A program made the translations under genes and the position numbers. The notes under the pieces were generated by a model. That model had not been told where the DNA came from. It saw only the letters and a program-made list of their open reading frames with translations, and made no database searches. A DNA stretch of 64,000 nt from a virus (taxonomy: Duplodnaviria > Heunggongvirae > Uroviricota > Caudoviricetes): the IMG/VR virus record IMGVR_UViG_3300046522_000748. One strand, given 5' to 3'. Within the stretch, counting starts at the first letter, position 1; each line of letters begins with the position of its first letter. Positions 9,891 through 18,595 of the stretch are shown one piece after another.

Positions 9891-10327
9891 GTTTTTGTGA
9901 TGACGGGTATGGTGGGTACGGCTCTTACGATAACGATGATGACTACCATCCGGCCTTCTGTGAGATTTGTAATGCGGACGACTTCAGCGCCATTCATAAC
10001 CTGTCTGAGGAGCAATTTAACAGGTCGAAGGATGGTCAGCGTTGTCTGAAGCATAAGGACAAACTAACTTCGGCTGAAATGGTATACGCGCTGGATAAAT
10101 TGCAGAGCGCTAGTTTTGGCATTGGTTTTAGTTTGATAACATTTTCCGTGGGTATCGCCATTCTTTTGGCTTGCTTGAAGTTTGATTTTGGTGAAGGTAC
10201 TACAATTTTAATGTCCATCGCGAGCATCGTGTTGATTATTTTTGGTGGTGTAGGCACTCTAAATTGCAAATGCACAAAGAGCCACATCAAGCGGATCGTT
10301 GTAACATCTGATGCCATTGCCCGATAG
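9887..10327 (+). CDS. two-TM protein with acidic N-terminus
   Basis: ATGA overlap, GGAGG RBS, two hydrophobic helices. Confidence 0.7.
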   Translation: MSFCDDGYGGYGSYDNDDDYHPAFCEICNADDFSAIHNLSEEQFNRSKDGQRCLKHKDKLTSAEMVYALDKLQSASFGIGFSLITFSVGIAILLACLKFDFGEGTTILMSIASIVLIIFGGVGTLNCKCTKSHIKRIVVTSDAIAR

Positions 10328-10350
10328 TTATTACGCAGAGAGTCAACAAT

Positions 10351-10752
10351 ATGATGAGCTATGAGTGGGAATTAAGTGGTAACGATGAGGGTTATAGATA
10401 TGACTCAGGCGGTGATGATGAAGAGTTTGACTCGTATGGATCGTTAGACATTTCAATGGATAACTATTCATCATTCAAACACGTGCCACTAAGGTTCACG
10501 GATCAAATCCAGCAACTCGACAAGTTCAAAATATCTAGTTACGGCATGGCAGTCAGTATCTTTATAACCATGTTTGGGCTGTTGCTAATCGGAAATTCCA
10601 TGCATCACGGAGTTACGGATGCCGCCCATGTGATGGGCCTTATAGGTGGAGTGTTTCTACTAATAGTTGGTGCTGCCGCCAGTCTGGCCTGCTTTATAAT
10701 TAAGAGCCAGGCCAAAGACGCCTTGTCAGTTTATGATCCCCAGAAAAGGTAA
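10351..10752 (+). CDS. two-TM protein with acidic N-terminus (paralog of 9887..10327)
   Basis: LDKFKISSYG vs LDKLQSASFG; same architecture. Confidence 0.7.
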   Translation: MMSYEWELSGNDEGYRYDSGGDDEEFDSYGSLDISMDNYSSFKHVPLRFTDQIQQLDKFKISSYGMAVSIFITMFGLLLIGNSMHHGVTDAAHVMGLIGGVFLLIVGAAASLACFIIKSQAKDALSVYDPQKR

Positions 10753-10757
10753 TTTAA

Positions 10758-11072
10758 ATGTCAGTGAGTGATCAGCAATTGCGTCGCCTACTGCCTGTGA
10801 TACGTGATCGCATTGCAGATGGCAATTTGTTTCAAAATGGGATGTATTCCAGGGCGGAACTGGCTGAAATCATCAATGCGGCCATCAGTGCGACTGATCA
10901 ATTGCGTCGCGCCACTTTGGTAAGGCCTAAGTCAGCGTGGAGCCCTTCAGACGGCCCAGTGCTCTGGTGGCAGCTTCCCGTTACCGAGGCGCCGTATCTT
11001 GGCACACCCAATGACCACCTGTGGGACAACGTTTATACGCACTGGACGCCATTGCCCATTCCGACAATCTAG
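10758..11072 (+). CDS. hypothetical phage-type protein
   Basis: C-terminal DGPVLWW...PYLGTP...YTHWTPLP. Confidence 0.7.
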   Translation: MSVSDQQLRRLLPVIRDRIADGNLFQNGMYSRAELAEIINAAISATDQLRRATLVRPKSAWSPSDGPVLWWQLPVTEAPYLGTPNDHLWDNVYTHWTPLPIPTI

Positions 11073-11077
11073 GATTA

Positions 11078-11359
11078 ATGATGAAAGATGCTCAATTATT
11101 GGATCAAATGATGCGCTGTAATCATGCTTTGGTAACCGGCGCTTTCGGTATCACCAGCGGTCTCCTAACTTTATGGAATCATTTCCAGCATACAGTAGAT
11201 GAGCAAGCCCTATCGCAGGGTTTGCTCATTGGTATTTTTTCTTTGTCCATAGGCGCTTTTGCTTTTGGTTTGGCGCACTACACGAAATTAAAAGCGCAGA
11301 AACAACTCGAAATACCATACCACGACAAAAGATGGACAGGTGTAAGAAATGAGTATTGA
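11078..11359 (+). CDS. small two-TM protein
   Basis: AGGA RBS, two hydrophobic helices. Confidence 0.65.
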   Translation: MMKDAQLLDQMMRCNHALVTGAFGITSGLLTLWNHFQHTVDEQALSQGLLIGIFSLSIGAFAFGLAHYTKLKAQKQLEIPYHDKRWTGVRNEY

Positions 11360-11624
11360 TGAAGAGCTTGGCTTGTTGAACCGAATGAAGGAAATGGGGC
11401 GCTGGATGGTATTTAGCGCTGTCGGGGTATTTGCAAGCTGCCTATCTTTCTTGGTTGCCTACGTGCTGGCGCCGCCGCATGATTTTGGCAGCGGATCACC
11501 TCCTGTGGGCGTGGTACTTGGCTTGATGAGTATCTTATGTTCTGTCTTCGGTCTTTATATTAATAATGTCATCAAACGAAAGTTGCGCAACCAGCTTCCG
11601 CAAGATAACCCAATCCATCTCTAA
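11349..11624 (+). CDS. small two-TM protein
   Basis: overlaps upstream gene; two hydrophobic helices. Confidence 0.65.
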   Translation: MSIDEELGLLNRMKEMGRWMVFSAVGVFASCLSFLVAYVLAPPHDFGSGSPPVGVVLGLMSILCSVFGLYINNVIKRKLRNQLPQDNPIHL

Positions 11625-11646
11625 TCTTAATGAGTTTAATATCTCC

Positions 11647-12000
11647 ATGATTGCTGCCTATTGTGTTGTTTCGAAGACCCCCTCTGTAGCAGACTCCAAT
11701 ATTTTTGAGGTCGCATATGCCGACGCTGAAACTCAACGCACGGGGGTGTTTAAGATCAGCCTTCCGAAAGGTCGTATAGTTACAGATAGAGCTGTTGAGG
11801 TTGTTATGCAATTTCGCAACCATCATACAACACTTTTTGACACCGCATTACTTGGAAGGCTGATGGAGGCGTCGAGAATTAAGCTAGACCTACGCAGGCC
11901 CCACTGGCCCCATTCAGACTTGCTTGCAAGGCTGGAAAAATTGCTAGCTCAGAGTTTCGAAAGCCGAGTGGCACTCACCGATCATGAATGCAGCAGGTGA
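11647..12000 (+). CDS. hypothetical protein
   Basis: ORF fills the gap; start uncertain. Confidence 0.45.
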   Translation: MIAAYCVVSKTPSVADSNIFEVAYADAETQRTGVFKISLPKGRIVTDRAVEVVMQFRNHHTTLFDTALLGRLMEASRIKLDLRRPHWPHSDLLARLEKLLAQSFESRVALTDHECSR

Positions 12001-13424
12001 TGAATCGTGTCGTATCCATCGCCTGTTTGATGAGCAATTGCCTCTACCATATAGCTGACCCATTCCCGGCCATAAGCTTCGATCATCAAATGAGCCGTCA
12101 TCTGTAGTACTGGCAGTGTTGAAGAATCAAACGCCCAGCGTCCCAGCATTTCAGGCGTAACTTCGGTGGTCGTCCCCCGAACAAACCCTGGACTGGCGAT
12201 TTTGTGGCAAAGGTAATTGGCGGCAAAATAATGCATCACCGACTCACTGCAAAATTCCACCTCTCCTGAGGCGTTGGTTTGCATCAGTTGCGGCGAATGA
12301 AGTACCTCTTTCAAAAAGAGCTTGGCGTTTTCCTTGTCAGCTTCGTCCAGCATCGACTCAGCCATGATCGCTTCACAACGCTTCACGGTGTTTGGTTCTC
12401 GGGTACTGACGCCAGCATCAGCATACCACCCAAAAGTTCGATACGCTTCAGCTCTGTCCAGAAGCAGGTTAAATGCCATTGCGCTCAGCGCGCCTAGACT
12501 CTGGCTGTACGAAAGCTTTAGTCGCTTTTGAACAGCATGGTTTCGCTTACCCAGCAGCTCCTCCATAAAGCGTTTGAGCAGCAGGCCCTTTGAATTACAG
12601 ACTGGGATATTTTTCAAAGTGAGGTTCAGGATGATGTTGATCCAGAACGGCTGGCTCGCCAGCATTTTGAGCTTCTTGTCGTCAGCAATGAGCCCTATCA
12701 GATGGCGGTATCGATCATTGGTCGCAGGTTGGCCTTTGTCGAAATCACTGATAAACAGCGACAAATGCTGAAGCTCAAAAGGCAGAAGGTATTTGACCTT
12801 AAATCCTTCAAAGCCCGCACCTATAGCTAGGCGCGAAGTGGCCAGCGTTTGGTGGTTGCCTGGCCAGCTTTTCACGACTTCTCTCTGCTCGCGATTCAGC
12901 GCATCGATACCATCAAGGATTAGCAGGATGTCCCCTCTTTGCACCCAAGCCACTACCGCTGCAATGGTTTCAGACACAATGGTTGCAGGCGCGTTTTTTC
13001 TGTTTGCGAGCAACTGATGGGCTGTATGCACGACGGCGCTCATCAGATCCTTCGACGGCTCAAAGCACTCGATAGGCAACTGACTGAGATCCAGGTAAAT
13101 CGGCAGGCGGTTTTCCAGGTGTTCTGGCAAGGCAGCAGTGAGGCCGGAGGAAAGTCGATGTGCCAGCCCTTTGGCTTGCATCGTTTTTCCTGATTCTTTA
13201 TCGCCCACAAGGAGGATCTGACGACTTGCGCCTAGCGCTGGGATCAGACCAATACCTTTTGTCGAGTTGTATTCGTCACCGACAACAGGGTGTACCCACG
13301 TCGTGCTCAGTTGACTCAAGCTCAATGAGGTGTTTTTCTCGCAAAACTCCCGTTGGGCAGCAAGGAACGCTCGTAGCGCATGATCATCCCAAAGGGAGTG
13401 CTGGCGAGGCGAAGAGTCAGTCAC
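11982..13424 (-). CDS. NACHT (STAND) NTPase-domain protein without effector or sensor domains
   Basis: Walker A GDKESGKT, LPIYLDL, Walker B LLILDGIDA, LATSR, LLPF, LASQPF, WHD-like EF...HYFAANYL. Confidence 0.8.
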   Translation of the reverse strand: MTDSSPRQHSLWDDHALRAFLAAQREFCEKNTSLSLSQLSTTWVHPVVGDEYNSTKGIGLIPALGASRQILLVGDKESGKTMQAKGLAHRLSSGLTAALPEHLENRLPIYLDLSQLPIECFEPSKDLMSAVVHTAHQLLANRKNAPATIVSETIAAVVAWVQRGDILLILDGIDALNREQREVVKSWPGNHQTLATSRLAIGAGFEGFKVKYLLPFELQHLSLFISDFDKGQPATNDRYRHLIGLIADDKKLKMLASQPFWINIILNLTLKNIPVCNSKGLLLKRFMEELLGKRNHAVQKRLKLSYSQSLGALSAMAFNLLLDRAEAYRTFGWYADAGVSTREPNTVKRCEAIMAESMLDEADKENAKLFLKEVLHSPQLMQTNASGEVEFCSESVMHYFAANYLCHKIASPGFVRGTTTEVTPEMLGRWAFDSSTLPVLQMTAHLMIEAYGREWVSYMVEAIAHQTGDGYDTIHHLLHS

Positions 13425-14143
13425 GGGCGAAACTCCGTCATCAGATGCAGTTTGTGGGAGTCGATGAAAATCGCGAACTTGTAGGGCATGCGAACGAACA
13501 CGGGATCGCCGAGCCAGTTGATCATCTGTCCAGCGATGTACGCCCGGCGACTGTACAGCGAGTCGAAATCCGCTTCCTTGAATTCGTAATGCTCATTATC
13601 GATGTAGCCCAGGCTCTTCAGGTGAGCAATAAACAAGGAGCTATCGAATTTGACCCCTTTGTTCTCTTGCGCAGTGACCACATCGCGCAGCGTTTCAAAC
13701 ACAGCAAGGGCCAGTTGACCAGTTGGTTGTGGGGTTTTGCCGTCGAACTGTTCTACCAGTGCTTGCAGGGCCTGCATCGAGCTGTCGCACAGCTCTTGGT
13801 TGTAGGTAGTCAACCGCTGGCGCTCAAGCTCAGCCTCCACGCTATCAGGGTGTGCCTTGCGCTCTTGATTACGCAGCTCGGAGAGGCGGAAGTATTCCTC
13901 AATAACCTCTTCGGTTTTCGAGGTGTCGGTCATGTCCAGAGGAATGCCATTGAAATACAGCGTGGCTTTGGAATTCGACGAGAGCTTGATTCCCGGCACC
14001 GTGGCGGAGCCAAGGGCTTTGAGAGCCTGACGCATGTTCAGATTTTCGATGATCTCACTAACAGCCAGTTCAATCTTGGCGCCGTGCTGAGGCTCATATT
14101 GCAGAGTGTGCTGATCGCTGGACTTCAGAGTTACATTGCTCAT
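13421..14143 (-). CDS. hypothetical protein, coupled to the NACHT gene
   Basis: GGAGG RBS; GTGA overlap with NACHT start. Confidence 0.7.
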   Translation of the reverse strand: MSNVTLKSSDQHTLQYEPQHGAKIELAVSEIIENLNMRQALKALGSATVPGIKLSSNSKATLYFNGIPLDMTDTSKTEEVIEEYFRLSELRNQERKAHPDSVEAELERQRLTTYNQELCDSSMQALQALVEQFDGKTPQPTGQLALAVFETLRDVVTAQENKGVKFDSSLFIAHLKSLGYIDNEHYEFKEADFDSLYSRRAYIAGQMINWLGDPVFVRMPYKFAIFIDSHKLHLMTEFRP

Positions 14144-14205
14144 CGAAATTCCTCCCTGCAATGGGTCGGCATTCATCTTGGCTGCCGGTCGTATTTAGTG
14201 AGGTA

Positions 14206-14245
14206 ATTATACGATAATACACATTTATTGTCAATGTCAAAAACA
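14206..14245 (-). promoter_or_regulatory. sigma70 promoter TTGACA-17-TATAAT with variant operator TGTCA-N7-AAACA
   Basis: consensus hexamers. Confidence 0.8.
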
Positions 14246-14306
14246 CAAAAGGAGCCAATCAAGGCTCCTTCGTCGTAGTGCTCAGTGGTTTCGAAAAGGC
14301 CGTGGA

Positions 14307-14543
14307 TTATTTCCAGGCCGGTACGTCCATCCAGCACGAAGGGTAAACTCTGGAAATGCTCATGCGATCTTCAGCGCACGTTGGAATATCTTCATTCATG
14401 CTGCACAAATACCAGCCAGCGGTCACTGGTGAACCCCAGTTGCGTGGGTCTACGTGGCAAACTGTACCCTGGTCGGTCAAAATCACGCGATTTTTAGGCG
14501 CGTTGTCCATTGATTGGTAAGGTGGTTTGAAGGTGATCGCCAT
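14307..14543 (-). CDS. DUF551-like small phage protein
   Basis: QSMDNAPK...ILT...CWMDVP pattern. Confidence 0.55.
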   Translation of the reverse strand: MAITFKPPYQSMDNAPKNRVILTDQGTVCHVDPRNWGSPVTAGWYLCSMNEDIPTCAEDRMSISRVYPSCWMDVPAWK

Positions 14544-14575
14544 GACTGAGCCGCTCTTATCGAAACAATGGTTGA

Positions 14576-14615
14576 ATTATACCATTGCCTTCCATCAATG
14601 TCAATAACACTGACA
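14576..14615 (-). promoter_or_regulatory. sigma70 promoter with exact operator (14599-14615)
   Basis: TTGACA-17-TATAAT; TGTCA-ATAACAC-TGACA. Confidence 0.85.
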
Positions 14616-14635
14616 ATTATGGCGTCCCCGTAAAT

Positions 14636-14676
14636 CCCTTAACACATCCTTAGCATTGCTAAGGATGTGTTAAGGG
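14636..14676. repeat. perfect 41-bp palindrome (20-bp arms, 1-nt centre)
   Basis: CCCTTAACACATCCTTAGCA-T-TGCTAAGGATGTGTTAAGGG. Confidence 0.9.
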
Positions 14677-14712
14677 GTAGGAGTGACATCGGATCTTTAT
14701 CGCCGTCATAGA

Positions 14713-15429
14713 TTAATCGAAATCAACATTCCCAGCGAGATTGCTCACACTTCTGTTCTTCGGATCGCCGCTGATCGTAATATCGCCCGTACCCAATTGA
14801 TTCACTTTCACGGAATGTGAGGCTCTGGCGCTGATGTCGCCTGCACCCATGAGGGTGACCTTCAAGTCTTTGGTTTTGAGTCTGGAGGCATCGACATCAC
14901 CTGTACCCGTCACATCAATATCGGAGGCATCGACCTCTCCTGAAACGCGAATATCACCCGATCCAGTCAGGGACAAATTGAAGCGCTCACCACTGATGTT
15001 TTTGCCGTCAAATCCACCTGCTCCTGCCACCGTAACACCACCCAGGGATGGGCAGCTCAGCACAATCTTGATTGGTGTGCTCAGTATTTGATTGCCGGTA
15101 AGCGCCAGCACAAGGGTGTCGCCAGCAACCTCGCTGGAGAGGTGATGGATGATGTTTTCACCTGCGGTGATGCTGATGCTCGATTCAGCGCTTTTCTGCC
15201 ACTCAACGTCCATCGCGCCTTGAATAATCAGGCTTTTGAAAGGAGTGAGCTGGCGGGTTTCTGTCTTGACCTTACCTTCGTCAATCGGCTTAGTACCTGC
15301 CGAGGCAATACGGCCATCGACAATCACGGTATTTCCGTTGCCTTTGACGACGACAAAACTGTTGGCCATGGAAAGCGGAGCAACAAGGCTTAGTGACAAT
15401 GCCAATGTAGTGAGCAGTTTGATCTTCAT
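14713..15429 (-). CDS. secreted GIN-domain (DUF2807) beta-helix protein
   Basis: signal peptide; FKSLIIQG, ITAGENII, repeated GSGDI/GTGDV/GAGDI. Confidence 0.85.
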   Translation of the reverse strand: MKIKLLTTLALSLSLVAPLSMANSFVVVKGNGNTVIVDGRIASAGTKPIDEGKVKTETRQLTPFKSLIIQGAMDVEWQKSAESSISITAGENIIHHLSSEVAGDTLVLALTGNQILSTPIKIVLSCPSLGGVTVAGAGGFDGKNISGERFNLSLTGSGDIRVSGEVDASDIDVTGTGDVDASRLKTKDLKVTLMGAGDISARASHSVKVNQLGTGDITISGDPKNRSVSNLAGNVDFD

Positions 15430-15646
15430 GAATAACCCATAATGGTAAGCATTTTGCAGTTATTATATGTAGTCTCCAGCAATAGTCAATCATTGCTGCT
15501 TGCTGTCAAATTGCGCATGTATTTCGGGAGCATTCTTTTGTAAATATATTTTTACTTTCGGTATGTTTGCACCAAAAATATGCAGAGTTGCATGATAGTA
15601 TATTAATTGTCAAATACAATCATATACAAAAAGGGACTTTGCATAC

Positions 15647-16306
15647 ATGCTTAAAAGAATTTTAGCAGGATCTATATTGATTGCCCTGGCTTCGCAAGCA
15701 ATGGCTGGTACAGCCATCAATGACTGGGTGAGTTACGAAACAAAATACGGCGAATGGCTAATTGCAAGTGCTACACCCGATAGCCCAAAGGGCATCTATG
15801 GTTGCAGCAACTGGTCGCCAAAAGTAGTGTCTCCGCCAACGAAAGTCGCAGCTCCTGGCACTGTAGTTGTTGATTCTACAAAAATAATTTCACAGAACGC
15901 CACTGACTGTAAAATTGACCAATTCCGGGTAGTACAGCTACAAAAAAGAAACAGGACAACAAGGGAAATTCGACCTGACGGGCCGACATTTACCGAAAAA
16001 ATGACACTGGTTAATCAGTATTCCTCTAGGGATTATAAGGTTGAGATAACCCCATGGACTACCGCCAGTAAGACCTACGGTTGCTTGTCCTGGACTCCGC
16101 CTGTTGACTACATGCCTGCCGGAAAAACATTCACTCAAACGGCGACAGGTTGCAAACTGGATCAGGCACGCACTCGCACTGAATCCATTGTTAGCTCCAA
16201 CATTAAAAACTTCAAACCCGTAATTGTTAAATCAGTTATCGAAAAACAAACGCTGGGTCAGCAAACCGAAACGAGAATAGCGGTTGGCACCAAAAAGGTT
16301 CAATAA
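15647..16306 (+). CDS. secreted Trp/Cys-repeat protein
   Basis: signal peptide; two W..YGC..W.P...TQ..C..DQ.R repeats; paralog of 29371..30537. Confidence 0.75.
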   Translation: MLKRILAGSILIALASQAMAGTAINDWVSYETKYGEWLIASATPDSPKGIYGCSNWSPKVVSPPTKVAAPGTVVVDSTKIISQNATDCKIDQFRVVQLQKRNRTTREIRPDGPTFTEKMTLVNQYSSRDYKVEITPWTTASKTYGCLSWTPPVDYMPAGKTFTQTATGCKLDQARTRTESIVSSNIKNFKPVIVKSVIEKQTLGQQTETRIAVGTKKVQ

Positions 16307-16377
16307 TTGTTACGATAGTTTTTTAACACAGAGCCCTGGCATAAGCTGGGGTTTTTATTTTAGTGTTTGAGGTTTAA

Positions 16378-16695
16378 TTAAAACGGATGCTTCTTCGACA
16401 CTGTTCTGAGCCTCACTCGCTGATTGACCTCAGATCCAGTCGAATTCAACATTGGATCGATGTTCAGGATTTGATGCAAAAGACCGAGTTGCCATAGGGC
16501 TTGAATGACGGTGCCAACCTCGACGGTTCGTGCCCCGGCTTCCAAATTGCTCACGGTTTTAACTGACACTCCGAGCGTAGTCGCAAGGTCTTTCTGTCTG
16601 AGATGGGCTTTCTGTCGGGCATCTTTGATCAATCGCCCGATAGAACCTATGGTTTCGCCGCAAGCGAGTGGAAAATAATCATTCATAAGGCGCAT
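16378..16695 (-). CDS. XRE-family helix-turn-helix protein
   Basis: IKDARQKAHLRQKDLATTLGVSVKTVSNLEAG. Confidence 0.85.
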   Translation of the reverse strand: MRLMNDYFPLACGETIGSIGRLIKDARQKAHLRQKDLATTLGVSVKTVSNLEAGARTVEVGTVIQALWQLGLLHQILNIDPMLNSTGSEVNQRVRLRTVSKKHPF

Positions 16696-16714
16696 TATAA
16701 CGCGCTTTAAGTGG

Positions 16715-16742
16715 GATAAGCAGCGTTTTAATGCTGCTTATC
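16715..16742. promoter_or_regulatory. inverted repeat upstream of XRE gene (possible operator or terminator)
   Basis: GATAAGCAGC-N8-GCTGCTTATC. Confidence 0.5.
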
Positions 16743-16775
16743 TCGCCATGGTGGGTGTGTTTAACGCCGTTAAAT

Positions 16776-17081
16776 CTAGTCGCGCTGAACCAGAGGTATG
16801 CGGGTTTTAGCAACGGTGTTTGCATAGGCCTGGGCTAGTTCCTGGTCATCCCAGCGCTGATTGCTGGCGTCGATGCGCACCAGTTCACCCTCGGCGGCTT
16901 CATCGAGGCAGGTGACCTTAAAGGCTGTTGGCTCAACCAGTGGCTGGCGGCTTTGAGCGACTGTATTCGCGTAAGCCTGCGCTTGGCCTTCATTGTTCCA
17001 GCGCTGGTGGCTGGCATCGATACGCACCATCACGCCTTCAGCAGCTTCATCGAGGCAGGTAACCTTGAACGTTTGAATCAT
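16776..17081 (-). CDS. small protein made of two tandem 49-aa repeats
   Basis: FKVTCLDEAAEG..VRIDAS.QRW...AQAYANTVA twice; 147-bp DNA period. Confidence 0.75.
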   Translation of the reverse strand: MIQTFKVTCLDEAAEGVMVRIDASHQRWNNEGQAQAYANTVAQSRQPLVEPTAFKVTCLDEAAEGELVRIDASNQRWDDQELAQAYANTVAKTRIPLVQRD

Positions 17082-17109
17082 TTTTGGCTCCATCGTGTGG
17101 GTCGAAGGA

Positions 17110-17469
17110 TTACTCAATCGTGTCTTTGAGCGTACCTTCATAGTCCATATCAGCGGCAATATTGCCTGATTCGTAAAATGACTCATCTTCAAAAATCCGT
17201 GATCCGATGATTACACGCCCATCAGGGAGCTTTTCATAGTTTATTTCGCGAATGCTGTAGATACCGTTGTCAGAGTATTGCGAGCAAACAGACTTGCTTT
17301 CATGAAAACCAATGGCGCGCTCAAGAGCTTCATCCAGGCTGTGCTGGATGCCACACACAAAATTTTCGTTTCGGCAGCAAGAGCAACCGGTGGAGACATG
17401 AATGAAAAAGCCCGTGTGTTTACTGATGGCAAATGGAATTTGATCTTCCGTGATATTGACGTCAGGCAT
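17110..17469 (-). CDS. hypothetical protein with GCSCC motif
   Basis: GGAG RBS after promoter. Confidence 0.7.
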   Translation of the reverse strand: MPDVNITEDQIPFAISKHTGFFIHVSTGCSCCRNENFVCGIQHSLDEALERAIGFHESKSVCSQYSDNGIYSIREINYEKLPDGRVIIGSRIFEDESFYESGNIAADMDYEGTLKDTIE

Positions 17470-17511
17470 GATGGCTCCACAATATATCGAAGTTGAACAC
17501 TTTATGCTTCG

Positions 17512-17550
17512 ATTATACTCACTCACAAGAAATTGTCAACATGAATGACA
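17512..17550 (-). promoter_or_regulatory. sigma70 promoter with exact operator (17534-17550)
   Basis: TTGACA-16-TATAAT; TGTCA-ACATGAA-TGACA. Confidence 0.85.
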
Positions 17551-17585
17551 TTTTCTGCATCAATAACGCAGTGCTGCTGGTGATT

Positions 17586-18131
17586 TCAGCGCCTTCTGAA
17601 TTGACGATCCATGCGTTTCATGTCTTGTTCAGCTTTTCTGATTTGCCCATCTCTGGAGAACAACTCATCATCAAATCGGCGTGAATTCTCGCTGATTTTC
17701 TTTTCGAGTTCCGCGATCCTCGTGCCAGATTCAATAATCTGGTCAATATTTTCAGGGTAGAGATTAAGGAGCGCCCAGGTTTCCCAGATCTTGGATCTAT
17801 TGATGTCGATCAGCTGACTGCTTTTACAGTCGTCCTGCCTGCCAGCGTAGCGGCTCAAAATCCCATCAAGGTCAAAAACATACTTCACCTTCCCGGTTAT
17901 TCTGAATTGGCCGCACGGGAGCTGTATTGCAATAGGTGCGCTGCAAGCTTTGGAGATTTTTGAGCCAAGCGCCAGCAATCGGCCTTGTTTTCGTCCGTTG
18001 TCCTCGAAAAACGTCCAATAGCTTTTTCCAGCCTCAAGTCTTTCGACCTGTTCCGGCAGGTCGATTCTGTGCGATCTGAGGCTCATATACATCGCTGGCG
18101 ACGTTCTCCAGAAGGGATGGATGCCGGTCAT
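17586..18131 (-). CDS. hypothetical protein, C-terminal coiled coil
   Basis: ATGA overlap. Confidence 0.65.
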   Translation of the reverse strand: MTGIHPFWRTSPAMYMSLRSHRIDLPEQVERLEAGKSYWTFFEDNGRKQGRLLALGSKISKACSAPIAIQLPCGQFRITGKVKYVFDLDGILSRYAGRQDDCKSSQLIDINRSKIWETWALLNLYPENIDQIIESGTRIAELEKKISENSRRFDDELFSRDGQIRKAEQDMKRMDRQFRRR

Positions 18132-18565
18132 CGCTTAATCCCCAGGCCATCTGCGCGTGCGTGAAAAATGCCATCTTCTTCCAGGGCTACAAAATCGTAG
18201 TCCTGATATGCGGTCTCAATCAGTTGTCCAATTTTGACAATGAGGTCTCGACGCATTGCCGGGTCACGCATGAGGCATGGCACATTCACAGAAACGTACA
18301 CTTCCTCCCCATGGCCAGATTTTACGCGCAGACGAGCCAGCATGATCCCAATGTGTGGCGGATGGAAATCCATCTTTCGAACAATGTCGTTTGCTTGCTC
18401 GTTCAAATCCTGCGCGACCTCTTCCATCTTATCGCTTGCTGATGGAAACATGTGAAGGCTATCGGTTTTGAATTGACCGCACTCCTCCATCGCCTTGGTC
18501 AAATTCAGGAGTTTCCGGTAGTCAGAAACCAGGAATGATTTATCAAGAGACAGTTTGGAGGACAT
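18128..18565 (-). CDS. hypothetical protein
   Basis: AAGGA RBS. Confidence 0.65.
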   Translation of the reverse strand: MSSKLSLDKSFLVSDYRKLLNLTKAMEECGQFKTDSLHMFPSASDKMEEVAQDLNEQANDIVRKMDFHPPHIGIMLARLRVKSGHGEEVYVSVNVPCLMRDPAMRRDLIVKIGQLIETAYQDYDFVALEEDGIFHARADGLGIKR

Positions 18566-18595
18566 GAGGTGATCCTTTTCGTGGATTAATGGTGA

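Noticed and set aside
13160-14206. Long antisense ORFs (e.g. 13160..14206 +, 2277..3146 +, 33351..34427 -, 41950..42678 +)
   Set aside because: Shadow frames opposite genes that have promoters and RBSs; they have no signals of their own.
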